From: an uncultured virus (IMG/VR IMGVR_UViG_3300037508_001402)
Taxonomy: Duplodnaviria > Heunggongvirae > Uroviricota > Caudoviricetes
IMG/VR virus record: IMGVR_UViG_3300037508_001402
Length of the DNA stretch: 64,000 nt
Reading direction: 5' to 3' (one strand)
Part shown: one piece after another, positions 1 to 8,888 of the stretch
Position numbering within the stretch: position 1 is the first letter of the stretch
Layout: every line of letters starts with the position of its first letter
Made by a program: the position numbers and the translations under genes
Notes under the pieces: model-generated
Databases searched by the model: none
The model's input: only the letters and a program-made list of their open reading frames with translations
What the model was told of the DNA's origin: nothing

Positions 1-2
1 GC

Positions 3-1118
3 CTGCGTCATCTCTACCCCAAGGCATGGCCCGCCCCTGAGCCCGTCAATGGCCGCAAGATACGCTTGGGGTACATCTCAGCAGACTTCAGTATTCACAC
101 AGTTATGTTCCTGCTGTGGCCCCTGATCTCAGGGTATGACCGCGATGGCTTTGAGGTCTATTTCTACTCCAACAGCGCATACTCTGATGCCAAGACAGAG
201 GAAGTTAAGGCCTTGGGCAATTGGCGCAATATCTCAGGCATGACAGACCGCCAAGCATATGCCACGGTCAAAGGGGATCAGCTCGATTTGTTGGTCGACC
301 TGTCCGGGTACTCAGCAGGACACCGCCTGTCACTGCTTGCCCGAAAACCTGCCCCACGCATCGCCACAGGCCTGGGATTTATCACCCCCATTGGCTCACC
401 GATGATTGACTATGCCCTGCTGGACCCGTGGATGCTGCCCGCTGATTTGGCCCATCTCATCCCAGAGAAGAGCGCAGGGATCAAGACAAACCTGTATTTC
501 TCCCCCGGTGAAGAGATGCCGCTGGAATCACAAGAGCGTGAGCATATTGTCTTTGGCTCAGGCAATGCGCTGTACAAAATGACGGCCCCCGTGGTCAAGC
601 TGTGGTCTGAGGTGCTGAAGCGTGTCCCTGGATCTGTGCTGTCACTCAAGAGCAAGACCCTGACCGATCCCGGTGTGCAACTGTTGGTTGCTGCTCGATT
701 CGCAGAGCATGGCATTGGGCAAGACCGCCTGAGATTCACGGGTACCACGACACGCCGGGAACACATGCAATGGTATAGCTCAGTGGATATCTGCCTTGAC
801 CCATTCCCGTACCAGGGAGGCTATACCACACTCGAAAGCCTGTATATGGGCTGTCCGGTGATCTCGCTCAATGCAGGTGGCATCAGCACCACGATTGGGG
901 CTCTCAGCCTGTGTGGGCTCGACACATATATTGCCAACAGTCCCAATGAGTATGTGGCCCTGGCTTGCTCTTTGGGCATGATGCTGCAAAGCCTGAGTGC
1001 TGAATCCCGCATGAAGATCAGGGAGCATGTTCGCCAATCCCTGCAAGCGTCCGTGATCATGGATGGCAAAGCGTTCACTGAGGATATAGAAGCTGCGTAT
1101 AGGAGGATCTGCGCGTGA
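3..1118 (+). CDS. SPINDLY/OGT-like protein O-glycosyltransferase (GT41), 5'-truncated by the window
   Basis: Frame is open from nt 3. It carries RKIRLGYISADFSIHTV, DLLVDLSGYS, LARKPAP and DICLDPFPYQGGYTTLESLYMGCPV, typical of the two GT41 catalytic halves. Confidence 0.9.
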   Translation: MRHLYPKAWPAPEPVNGRKIRLGYISADFSIHTVMFLLWPLISGYDRDGFEVYFYSNSAYSDAKTEEVKALGNWRNISGMTDRQAYATVKGDQLDLLVDLSGYSAGHRLSLLARKPAPRIATGLGFITPIGSPMIDYALLDPWMLPADLAHLIPEKSAGIKTNLYFSPGEEMPLESQEREHIVFGSGNALYKMTAPVVKLWSEVLKRVPGSVLSLKSKTLTDPGVQLLVAARFAEHGIGQDRLRFTGTTTRREHMQWYSSVDICLDPFPYQGGYTTLESLYMGCPVISLNAGGISTTIGALSLCGLDTYIANSPNEYVALACSLGMMLQSLSAESRMKIREHVRQSLQASVIMDGKAFTEDIEAAYRRICA

Positions 1119-1555
1119 GTAAAGTTTTAGAACTGCCTGAAGATATTGAATTTAAGACAAGCGCTGGCGTTTTTGTCGTGGGTAAAGACGGTATGCCTGT
1201 GATGCGGGAGCCCAAGCGTGGCCCGCTGGGTGGAGAGTTAAAGCGGCTTGACCAATGCAAGGTTGGGCAGCGGGTGATTGTTGAGGCTACGGTTGGCGAA
1301 AACTGTTGCTTGGATTTCGCGGGCATCATCGGTCGCAATCTGATTGTAGAAACCAATGTGCCACCGCGCCAATCATTGATGGGTGAAAAGATGGCTGCGG
1401 GAGAGGCTGCGGCTACTGATGGCATTGTTGGCCGGTGGGTGGCTGTGCAGGTTACTGAAAACGACTTTGCAAGCCAGCTTCCTTTATATTTCCAGCGATA
1501 TTGTATTGGTTCAGTTGTACCCGTAATCCTTTTACCAGAGGGCTTTGGCCAATGA
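1115..1555 (+). CDS. Hypothetical phage protein, paralog of 61880-62275
   Basis: Shares KRGPLGGEL, VETN(V/I)PPR, GRWVAxQV and VILLPEGFG with the paralog; overlaps both neighbours by 4 nt. Confidence 0.75.
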   Translation: MSKVLELPEDIEFKTSAGVFVVGKDGMPVMREPKRGPLGGELKRLDQCKVGQRVIVEATVGENCCLDFAGIIGRNLIVETNVPPRQSLMGEKMAAGEAAATDGIVGRWVAVQVTENDFASQLPLYFQRYCIGSVVPVILLPEGFGQ

Positions 1556-2073
1556 TAGAAGTAACCGCCCGCCTGCTCCCATCAGAGCAAGACCTGAAAC
1601 TGCTCAAGGACACATTCGCCGAAGTGCAAGCCGCCTGCCTGTGGGTCCATGACTTTGAGAAGACAGGAGAGACAGATACCCAAGAGCTGCGCAGGAAGTG
1701 CTATAACTCGCTGCGCAAGCAAACCCTGCTGGGATCTGCGCTTTGCACCTATGTTTTGGATATTGTCAGCACCTATCGCCGAGCCAATGAGCGCCTGTCT
1801 GACGTGCCCCTGCTGATTAAGCAGATCAGCCTCTACAGCAACGGGATCACCATTCAGAACTCGCGTCAACTGAGCATTTGTTTGGCTGATGATGGCCGCT
1901 GCTCGCTGGACTTCGACCTGCCCAAGCCAGAGGACTATGCCGCCGTCAAGGCCCACAAGCTGAGACGGGGGGATCTGTACTGCCAAGAGGGGGTGTTCTA
2001 TCTGCGCTTGCATTTGGCCCCCACCCATCTGGCCTACCATCCCACTGAAGGGGTGAGCTATGGGCAGGTCTAG
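1552..2073 (+). CDS. TnpB (IS200/IS605) N-terminal WED/REC-like lobe without RuvC
   Basis: RLLPSEQDLKLLKDTF..ACLW, LRRKCYNSLR..LGS and RRGDLYCQEGVFYLRL resemble TnpB N-termini. The ORF ends before any G(V/I)D RuvC-I motif. Its ATG overlaps the upstream TGA. Confidence 0.6.
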   Translation: MIEVTARLLPSEQDLKLLKDTFAEVQAACLWVHDFEKTGETDTQELRRKCYNSLRKQTLLGSALCTYVLDIVSTYRRANERLSDVPLLIKQISLYSNGITIQNSRQLSICLADDGRCSLDFDLPKPEDYAAVKAHKLRRGDLYCQEGVFYLRLHLAPTHLAYHPTEGVSYGQV

Positions 2074-2413
2074 TTTAGTTGATGAGATTGTCAATGCTGC
2101 GACTGATTGGGCAGATCAGAATCAAATTGATGGGCGTCGAACAATTTCACTCAGAACCCATTTGAGAAAAAACCTGGAGAAAATGGGCTTTGTGTCTGGA
2201 GATAAGCCCATCACAAAAGAACAGAAAAAGAACGAGCTGCTGATCCTGCTGAGAAAAAACAAAACAAAATCTCTCAGAGCATTGGCCAAAGCCCTTGGAT
2301 ACAAGAGCCATGACACGGTTCATAAACTATTGCTTGAACTTGAGCAAGAGGGGCTTGTGAAAAGAGAAATGAAAGGATGGTTTATCTGTGAACAACCAAC
2401 AGATCAAGATTGA
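2060..2413 (+). CDS. LexA-type winged-helix DNA-binding protein
   Basis: [32 protein letters not shown] matches the LexA N-terminal wHTH pattern; no peptidase domain. Confidence 0.7.
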   Translation: MGRSSLVDEIVNAATDWADQNQIDGRRTISLRTHLRKNLEKMGFVSGDKPITKEQKKNELLILLRKNKTKSLRALAKALGYKSHDTVHKLLLELEQEGLVKREMKGWFICEQPTDQD

Positions 2414-2906
2414 ATTTGTACCAGGTGCAACGCCTGAGACGCATATGCCACGGTACGCAACGCAGGGGGCCGCTGGGATGGATCTGTGTGCCAGGCTGGA
2501 TGATCATACCTGGAAAAATGCTTGGATTAAGCCCGGTAAGATAATGCTGATCCCCACGGGTTTCAAGATCCAACTGCCCTATGGAATCGAAGCACAGATC
2601 CGGCCCCGTTCGGGCTTGGCTCTGAAACATGGGATAACCGTGCTGAACGCCCCTGGAACAATTGACAGTGATTACCGGGGAGAGGTGGGGGTTATTCTCA
2701 TCAACCACGGGCAAGAGACTTTCATCGTCAAGCATGGGGATCGCATTGCTCAAATGGTCTTTGCCCAAGTCCAGATGCGTGAGCCCTTCCTTGGCACAGT
2801 CGAAGAGACTGAGCGGGGAAAGGGCGGGTTTGGCTCGACGGGATATGCAAGCGGTAACCTCACCGATCGGCATATTTCGCTGGGAGAGGATGGGGAATAC
2901 CAATAA
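2388..2906 (+). CDS. dut: Trimeric dUTPase
   Basis: Motifs [28 protein letters not shown] and [10 protein letters not shown] are all present. Confidence 0.97.
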   Translation: MNNQQIKIEFVPGATPETHMPRYATQGAAGMDLCARLDDHTWKNAWIKPGKIMLIPTGFKIQLPYGIEAQIRPRSGLALKHGITVLNAPGTIDSDYRGEVGVILINHGQETFIVKHGDRIAQMVFAQVQMREPFLGTVEETERGKGGFGSTGYASGNLTDRHISLGEDGEYQ

Positions 2907-3145
2907 TGAGCACCTACAGAGTTATCAGGCCAACAATGGGTGAAATTCAAGGCGCAATCATGGCGGCATTGCAAAAAGCGGGTGTTGATTGCGGTTATGA
3001 GATTCAGGTCAAGCTGCTCAACAATGCAGTGATGCATGTGCAAGATGCCATTGTTTCAAGCGGTTCGCATTTTATAGTTCCTGAGGCTGTTGCTAAGCAG
3101 GATACAGAAGATAATCATGGTCGTGAATGGAACCCAAATGCTTAA
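2906..3145 (+). CDS. Hypothetical protein
   Basis: Translationally coupled ORF (TAATG). Confidence 0.55.
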   Translation: MSTYRVIRPTMGEIQGAIMAALQKAGVDCGYEIQVKLLNNAVMHVQDAIVSSGSHFIVPEAVAKQDTEDNHGREWNPNA

Positions 3146-3368
3146 AGTGCTGATCCTTATCCTTGCCTGGATCGCCCTCACCTCATGCGCAAAGCCTGAG
3201 TATGAAAAGGTGTGTGGGTATGAGGTCAACATCAAGGGGTTTTTGGGTGATGTGAGATGTCTGACTGAGCCTGCCAAGCGTCCTGATGGCCTGTTCCAGT
3301 GCGTGAACAGTGAGAGCAAGTTGGTGGCAATGGCAGATGTAAGGATGATACAGGAGGGGTGTTGGTGA
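3138..3368 (+). CDS. Putative lipoprotein
   Basis: MLKVLILILAWIALTSC is a hydrophobic signal ending in a lipobox-like LTSC. Confidence 0.6.
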   Translation: MLKVLILILAWIALTSCAKPEYEKVCGYEVNIKGFLGDVRCLTEPAKRPDGLFQCVNSESKLVAMADVRMIQEGCW

Positions 3369-3838
3369 TGGAGATTATAGTCTGTTCTCGCAAGAAAGCA
3401 AGCCTGCATGTGGCTCGTAACAATAACTGCAACATCATCTCAATCGTGGACTGTGGGTACCCGCATCCTGAGTTTGTTGATTTCAATCGCAGGCTTCGGC
3501 TTCGCTTTGATGACATTGACACGCCTCACGATATGGGGCCAAGTGTTGCGCATGTCAGAGAGATTATTTCATTCGCCCATGCAATTGATGAGCGTCCCTT
3601 GATCGTGCATTGCAAAGCGGGCATCTCTCGCAGTTCAGCCGCGGCCTTCATTGTCTATGCCGTGAAGTTTGGCCCTGCTGGAATCCGCGATCACTTTCGC
3701 CCCATGCTTGGCTTAATTTACCCTAATGCTGAGATGCTGCGCTTGGCTGATGGGATGATTGGCAATGACGGGGCCTTGATAGCTGCTGGTGAGCATTTCA
3801 GGAATTGGGATCTGTTGGTGGATAGAAAAGATGAGTGA
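3368..3838 (+). CDS. Tyrosine/dual-specificity phosphatase-like protein
   Basis: IVHCKAGISRSSA (HCX5R), LRFDDI acid loop and PN motif. Confidence 0.85.
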   Translation: MEIIVCSRKKASLHVARNNNCNIISIVDCGYPHPEFVDFNRRLRLRFDDIDTPHDMGPSVAHVREIISFAHAIDERPLIVHCKAGISRSSAAAFIVYAVKFGPAGIRDHFRPMLGLIYPNAEMLRLADGMIGNDGALIAAGEHFRNWDLLVDRKDE

Positions 3839-4037
3839 CCGCATCACCCAATTGATCGACACAGCAATCGAGAATGTGCAGGCAGAAGAGAACTCAGGGC
3901 GGGCTGTGGTCAGGGCCTTGGACTATTTGAGAGAGATTAGATCCAAGCACCTACTCTCTCAATGCAAACCCATCCACACGCATGAGCCCCCTATGATAGA
4001 CCACTCCACCCCATTCAACACGGATAAACAAGGATAA
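3831..4037 (+). CDS. Hypothetical protein
   Basis: Short ORF overlapping the upstream stop. Confidence 0.5.
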   Translation: MSDRITQLIDTAIENVQAEENSGRAVVRALDYLREIRSKHLLSQCKPIHTHEPPMIDHSTPFNTDKQG

Positions 4038-4050
4038 ACAGGGTTAAATC

Positions 4051-4476
4051 ATGACAAAACCCACAATCGAACTCTGCCCAGATCAGAATGACCTGTACCT
4101 GATCTATCTCTGTGAGTCAGGGGTGGAATACACAGCGCAGACCAATGGCTTTAGCTGCAATCACCCGTCAGCAGAGGGGGTGTTGATACCACTGGCCAAT
4201 GAGCATTATGGCAAGCTGGATCTGTCAGGCTTTTGCTGCATGACCCATGATTTTGAGGATACTCACACCCATGATGAGATCAACAAGGTTATTACCCAGG
4301 CAGAGTTTGAGTACACGTTTGGGTATAAAATGACCGTGGATTCCCTGTCTCTGCATCCAATAGAAGAGGCGTGGGTGCCCGTGACTCTTGAGCGGGTGGG
4401 TGAGGCATGGCTTGATACGTTTGAAAACTTCCCTGACAAATTCCAGGGGATCTTGGTGTGGCTAAACTGTGATTGA
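4051..4476 (+). CDS. DUF6210-like protein
   Basis: SGVEYTAQTNGFSCNHPSAEGVLIPL, EAWVPV and terminal GILVWLNCD resemble DUF6210 as recalled. Confidence 0.6.
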   Translation: MTKPTIELCPDQNDLYLIYLCESGVEYTAQTNGFSCNHPSAEGVLIPLANEHYGKLDLSGFCCMTHDFEDTHTHDEINKVITQAEFEYTFGYKMTVDSLSLHPIEEAWVPVTLERVGEAWLDTFENFPDKFQGILVWLNCD

Positions 4477-4479
4477 AGC

Positions 4480-4604
4480 AAAGGGGTACAAAAGTGGTAC
4501 AAGTTTATATAAACCATTTTCGCCTGTAACTCTTTATTCATCAGGATTTTATAAAAAAGTTGGTGGCACGATCCGGGGAATTTGTACCACTTTTGTACCC
4601 CTTT
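4480..4604. repeat. Perfect 23-bp inverted repeat
   Basis: AAAGGGGTACAAAAGTGGTACAA (4480-4502) and TTGTACCACTTTTGTACCCCTTT (4582-4604). Confidence 0.95.
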
Positions 4605-4638
4605 TTGGGCGGTGCCACTCTGTTTTTATTGGGAATCA

Positions 4639-4677
4639 TTTTGGGACACTTTTGGGACACTTAAAAATGGGACAGTT
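4639..4677 (+). repeat. Tandem TTTTGGGACACT direct repeats
   Basis: Two copies at 11-bp period plus a degenerate TGGGACAGTT. Confidence 0.85.
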
Positions 4678-5034
4678 GAAAAAAGCGAGTGTTCATGCGG
4701 GTTACGGAAAAGTGGTTGTACAGGATAAGGGCGACTCTTGTACAAACAAAAGCGCCCCTGCTCAATGAAGAGAGGGGCGCTTGCCTGTACATAAGAAGGG
4801 ACTATGGCGGCTTGGTTTCACTGTAAGACTGCCACGCCTCACAAACCCCGCATACGTTGCAAATATGCTACGGCCAACCGGTGAAGGTTGGTAGGGAACC
4901 ATTCAAATAGATCATACCCCTTCCACCGCTCAAAAACAAGCCCCTGAGAATATTAAATTCTGTGAATCAAAACTTGGTGAATCATGGGCGCATGGCCGAT
5001 TATGGATGTATAACCAAATAACCACAGGTGCCCC

Positions 5035-5172
5035 ATGAAACGCCAACCCCGCAAAATGATCGTCAAAGTCCTGTCTATCCCTGAGCATGAGCGCCACTTC
5101 TTAGAGCAAAGGTTGAATCAGCTTTTGGCTCAAATTGCCCGTGAACTGGGAGAGCAGCGCCGTGCGGGTTGA
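5035..5172 (+). CDS. 45-aa ORF overlapping the integrase start (possible regulator or RDF)
   Basis: MKRQPRKMIVKVLSIPEHERHFLEQRLNQLLAQIARELGEQRRAG; below the ORF-track cutoff. Confidence 0.45.
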   Translation: MKRQPRKMIVKVLSIPEHERHFLEQRLNQLLAQIARELGEQRRAG

Positions 5173-6589
5173 TATCTGGATCAGGGTTTCGTCAGACATG
5201 CAAGTTGAGAGCGATAGCCCCGCCATCCATCTCAGTCGTGCCATGGACTATTGCAGGGATCGTGGTCATGAGGTCAACGAGATCCACCAACTCGACGGGG
5301 TGAGCGGGTGCGCAATCTGGGATCTGCCTGTTGCTCAAAAGATGCGTTTTAATATCGAGACAGGGAAATCGCAGGGCTTGGTATTTACCGCCTTGGACAG
5401 GTTGGGCCGTGATACTTTGGAGCTGTTGCAGTTTGAGCGCTTTTTCAGGGATCACGGTGCTTGCCTCATTTCGATTTTTGATAATATCGACACTTCCACC
5501 TCTGACGGGATGCGGTACTTCCAGGGCCTCGCTGCCCAAGCAGAGTATGAGCGTCGTAAACTGAGTGAGCGTGTTACCCGTGGGATCTTGACCCGTCAAA
5601 AGCGGGGTGAGATATTCGCCCACAAAGCCCCTTTCGGTTATGTCAAAGAGCAAAAGCGCCTCTACTTGCACCCTGTCGAAGCGCCAATTGTTGAGTTAAT
5701 TTTTGAGCTCTTTTTGCAAAGCCAATCCACTGCCAGGGTAGCCAAAGAGCTGAACCTGCGAGGGTACAGAACCAGCGCGGGCAAAGAGTTCAGTTATATG
5801 AGCGTGTCATCAGTCCTGAGAAACCCCACGATGAAAGGGGATCACTACGTCAACAGATACCTGGGCAGGCATAACAAAAAGCCCCGCGAGCAGTGGGTTA
5901 AAATCGAGGTGCCTGCAATTGTCTCAGAGGAAGTTTGGGCCAAAGCCAATGCAATATTGAAGCGCAATCACAAGCCCCACAAAAAAGCCGTGAACGCATA
6001 CAGTGGTCTGCTTCGTTGCCACTGTGGCACTGTGATGTATTTCAGAGGCAGGTATGGCGGCAAGAACAAGCCCCAATACTTTTGTCGAACATGCGCCAAC
6101 AAGATCCAGGCCCCCGACCTCGATCAAGCCATTGCCAGTGTGATCAATTCCTTTGCCCTGGACCAACTCCCCAAAGAGGCCACATTCGAAATCTCGACAG
6201 AGTTTGAGCAGAAAAAACGTCTGCTTGCCGGGTTGACTGCTTCTGTGCAAAAGCTGGAAAGGGAGAAAGATAAACTGATTGAGTTGTTCACGGCTGAGGC
6301 TTTGACCATGGAAGAATTTAAAGCCAAAAAAGAGCCGCTAGCCCAAAGACTGGCAGAGGTTGACAAAGAGCGGGCAGCGCTGGAATATGAGTTGAATGAC
6401 CTGCGTGGGCAGCAGCTGGCAGAGAGAGGGCTGAAGCAGGCCCTGAAAAGCCTCCCATGGAATGAAATCAGAGAGCAGCGAAAGAATGAAGTCTTGCACA
6501 CGTTCGTGAGAGAGATCACGCTGAATCAGGACACAATTGAGCTACAGTTGCTTTATGTGCCAGCGAATCTCAAAGAGAAAAACGTGTAA
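5162..6589 (+). CDS. Large serine recombinase (integrase)
   Basis: IWIRVSS catalytic Ser, LDRLGRD, IDTST, APFGY, Zn ribbon (LLRCHCG...YFCRTC) and coiled coil. Likely GTG start at 5162 after GGAGAG. Confidence 0.95.
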   Translation: MRVDIWIRVSSDMQVESDSPAIHLSRAMDYCRDRGHEVNEIHQLDGVSGCAIWDLPVAQKMRFNIETGKSQGLVFTALDRLGRDTLELLQFERFFRDHGACLISIFDNIDTSTSDGMRYFQGLAAQAEYERRKLSERVTRGILTRQKRGEIFAHKAPFGYVKEQKRLYLHPVEAPIVELIFELFLQSQSTARVAKELNLRGYRTSAGKEFSYMSVSSVLRNPTMKGDHYVNRYLGRHNKKPREQWVKIEVPAIVSEEVWAKANAILKRNHKPHKKAVNAYSGLLRCHCGTVMYFRGRYGGKNKPQYFCRTCANKIQAPDLDQAIASVINSFALDQLPKEATFEISTEFEQKKRLLAGLTASVQKLEREKDKLIELFTAEALTMEEFKAKKEPLAQRLAEVDKERAALEYELNDLRGQQLAERGLKQALKSLPWNEIREQRKNEVLHTFVREITLNQDTIELQLLYVPANLKEKNV

Positions 6590-7094
6590 AAGCAATGTTG
6601 TAGCCATCTCCCCAAGTGCTTTTGCACGTTATCTTGTCCTGACTATCCCAAGGCCAGATAGACCCGCATCACCATTGGGCAGGCAGGCATGGGGTTGGCA
6701 CATCAGGCAAGTGCGGCGAATCCGCGGAATTGACCCACGGCAAGCAGCCAAAGAGATCGGCATCGCAAGACAGACGCTCTATGGGTGGGAGTCAGGTGAT
6801 GCTGTGCCCAAAGTGATGTTTATCCCCGGCATCGTCAAATTCCTGGGCTATGTGCCCCTCTGCTTCAGCCCGTACCAAGCGACACTTGGGGCCTGCTACA
6901 GGGCAGCGCGTGAGCTTCGAGGGCTGCGCATAACTGATCTTGCTGCATTGGCGGGGCTTGGCTTCAAACAGGTTTGGAATGTCGAGAATGATCGCGGGTC
7001 TGTTTCGAGCCAGGGCAAAATAGAGAGAGCCCTCTCAATTCCTGTGCGCAAATGTTTCCTGAGTCACAACAAAGGGCGGGGCGCGGGGTTATGA
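6555..7094 (+). CDS. Tandem XRE helix-turn-helix protein (start uncertain)
   Basis: Two HTH units: IRQVRRIRGI..AAKEIGIARQTLYGWESG and RAARELRGL..DLAALAGLGFKQVWNVEND. Confidence 0.8.
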   Translation: MCQRISKRKTCKSNVVAISPSAFARYLVLTIPRPDRPASPLGRQAWGWHIRQVRRIRGIDPRQAAKEIGIARQTLYGWESGDAVPKVMFIPGIVKFLGYVPLCFSPYQATLGACYRAARELRGLRITDLAALAGLGFKQVWNVENDRGSVSSQGKIERALSIPVRKCFLSHNKGRGAGL

Positions 7095-7101
7095 TTGCGA
7101 C

Positions 7102-7482
7102 ATGGAAACAATAATTGGAATCGACGTAAGGCAGCGCCAGCATTATGTTGTGGCGATCACTGAGCGGGGTGAATTGTCGTTCGTGTTCACTCATCGCAGA
7201 GTGGGCTTCGAGAGCTTCAGCAAGTGGATCTCTGAGGTCGCCCCGCTGCCCAGGGCTTTTGCCGTGAACAAAAACGAGCCGTTCACAACCGCTGTGGCCG
7301 CTTGGCTGCGTGGCAATGGCGAAACTGTGCATGTGAGCGATCAGCAGGCAGCGGCACAGCAGTTGGCCCAATCGCTCAGAAGCGGCGTGGCAGTCGAGCA
7401 GAGGCCACAAAAGCAGAGTGTGAAAGAGCTTTTGGATCTTGCCGTGTTCTATCTGCGGATATCGATCGCCGCAATGAGTTAA
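7102..7482 (+). CDS. Degenerate IS110-type DEDD/RuvC domain protein
   Basis: IIGIDV..HYVVAI..G, GFESFSKWI and VAAWLRGNGETVHV follow the IS110 N-terminal pattern. The catalytic E appears replaced (FAVNK), KTDxxDA is absent and there is no C-terminal Tnp domain. Confidence 0.6.
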   Translation: METIIGIDVRQRQHYVVAITERGELSFVFTHRRVGFESFSKWISEVAPLPRAFAVNKNEPFTTAVAAWLRGNGETVHVSDQQAAAQQLAQSLRSGVAVEQRPQKQSVKELLDLAVFYLRISIAAMS

Positions 7483-7495
7483 CCCCAAAAAACAG

Positions 7496-7526
7496 AAAAA
7501 ATCCCCCGGCCAGAAATGACCGGGGG
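7496..7526 (-). terminator. Intrinsic terminator of the late operon
   Basis: CCCCCGG/CCGGGGG stem with an A-tract on + (U-tract on -), between convergent genes. Confidence 0.65.
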
Positions 7527-7548
7527 TGAACCTTTGGAGAGCGAGCAA

Positions 7549-7794
7549 TCAGGGAGTTATATCTGCAAACAGAGAAACAACGTTCTCAAACTGCTCTGTA
7601 ACACCGTCTGCCAGAGCTTCCAATTCTTCAGACTTTGCGCGCACCTCATCAATAAACTGATTCAGTTTATTCAAATCTGCCTGTACATATCCGCTGCGTA
7701 AGGCCATGATGTTCTCACGCTTATGCTGCTTGAATCCATGCACTGTTTCGATATGAGCGCCTGCTGCGCTTTTAATTTGTTGAATTGTTGCCAT
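7549..7794 (-). CDS. Small coiled-coil protein after the tail fibre
   Basis: MATIQQIK start 1 nt after the fibre stop codon. Confidence 0.55.
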   Translation of the reverse strand: MATIQQIKSAAGAHIETVHGFKQHKRENIMALRSGYVQADLNKLNQFIDEVRAKSEELEALADGVTEQFENVVSLFADITP

Positions 7795-7795
7795 T

Positions 7796-8878
7796 TTAGT
7801 ATGTTGCTCCAATCACCAAAGTATTTAAAAGTGAGTTTGAATTATTTGGCGTAAATGGTGTGGTAAAAAACAGCTTTTGCCCTGGTTCAAGCCAGAAAGG
7901 CCCAGCATTGAAGACAGGGTAAGAATTGTGATTCACAAAACCCACTTGTTTGCATTCAGCTTCAGACTGATTGCAGGTGTTCACAAGATTTGCGCCAATC
8001 ATAATTTGTGTTGGCTGTGCAGCACCGCTAAAATTGTATCCAGCCCAAGCTACGTCAACTTTGCAAGCCTCCGAGACAGTAATATAGCCCCCGTTTGCGG
8101 TACTGTTTGTCACAGTAAAGAGATCAGTCTCGCCATCAGTTTCAGCAGGGGCTGGTATCTGCATAATAAAGCCATTTGTTGAGCCTTTTTGCTGAAACGC
8201 TGTGAAGCGCAGAACAGAAGATCTTGCAACACCAGAACCAGCAGGTCCAGCTTCACCTTGGGGGCCTTGTTCACCAACTCCGGTCATTTTCCAGCAATCA
8301 ACATAACTATACTGACCGATTTTGTCGGCTGTACTCGCCACGATCTCAACTGACGTTAAATTTGTGATTGCAGCAGTATAGACCGGAGCTTGGGATCGAT
8401 CCGCTTCTGACCGCACAAAGATTGCGCCATAAATCAGGCCCGCAGTATCTTCGTGAAACTGAACGCTTAAATCAAACTGAAATGAACCGCCAGACGCGAG
8501 AGTGTGCAGGGTTGCAAGGTTTGTCGCGTCTCCGTTTGCTCTCAAATAATATGTAACAGAGCCTGCGCCGTTTTGGGCAACCGTCCCGCTGATCTCATAA
8601 CGCTTATCAGTGTTTAGGTCAAGATCTGTCAATTGCAGCGTTGTTTTAGTGTTGCCGACTGTGACAGAATCAGATTTGAACGGTGTTGATCCGCTGCTAG
8701 CCAACGCCCAGGCCCCGTCACCACGCAGAAACGTCGATGCTCCAGGGGTGCCCGTTGCGTTAAGTTTTGCGATCCCAATTTCACTGTTTGGGATCTGAGT
8801 GTTTGCCAAAGTTCCGGTAAGCTGAGAAAACGACGATGCACCGCCGCCTCCACCGCCCCATCCTGTATTAATACCCAT
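7796..8878 (-). CDS. Tail fibre / receptor-binding protein
   Basis: GTPGASTFLRGDGAW fibre motif and a collagen-like GEQGPQGEAGPAG; AGGAG RBS. Confidence 0.75.
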   Translation of the reverse strand: MGINTGWGGGGGGASSFSQLTGTLANTQIPNSEIGIAKLNATGTPGASTFLRGDGAWALASSGSTPFKSDSVTVGNTKTTLQLTDLDLNTDKRYEISGTVAQNGAGSVTYYLRANGDATNLATLHTLASGGSFQFDLSVQFHEDTAGLIYGAIFVRSEADRSQAPVYTAAITNLTSVEIVASTADKIGQYSYVDCWKMTGVGEQGPQGEAGPAGSGVARSSVLRFTAFQQKGSTNGFIMQIPAPAETDGETDLFTVTNSTANGGYITVSEACKVDVAWAGYNFSGAAQPTQIMIGANLVNTCNQSEAECKQVGFVNHNSYPVFNAGPFWLEPGQKLFFTTPFTPNNSNSLLNTLVIGATY

Positions 8879-8888
8879 TGTTTTGCTC

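Noticed and set aside
1115..1555. DGR template/variable repeat pair with 61880-62275
   Set aside because: No reverse transcriptase in the window, and differences are not adenine-specific.
1552..2073. Active IS605/TnpB element
   Set aside because: No RuvC, zinc finger, tnpA or terminal hairpins.
4469..4768. 99-aa ORF across the repeat region
   Set aside because: Weak start, translation of DNA repeats, no protein-like features.
7102..7482. Active IS110 element
   Set aside because: Too short, catalytic residues are missing, and there is no C-terminal domain or flanking non-coding end.
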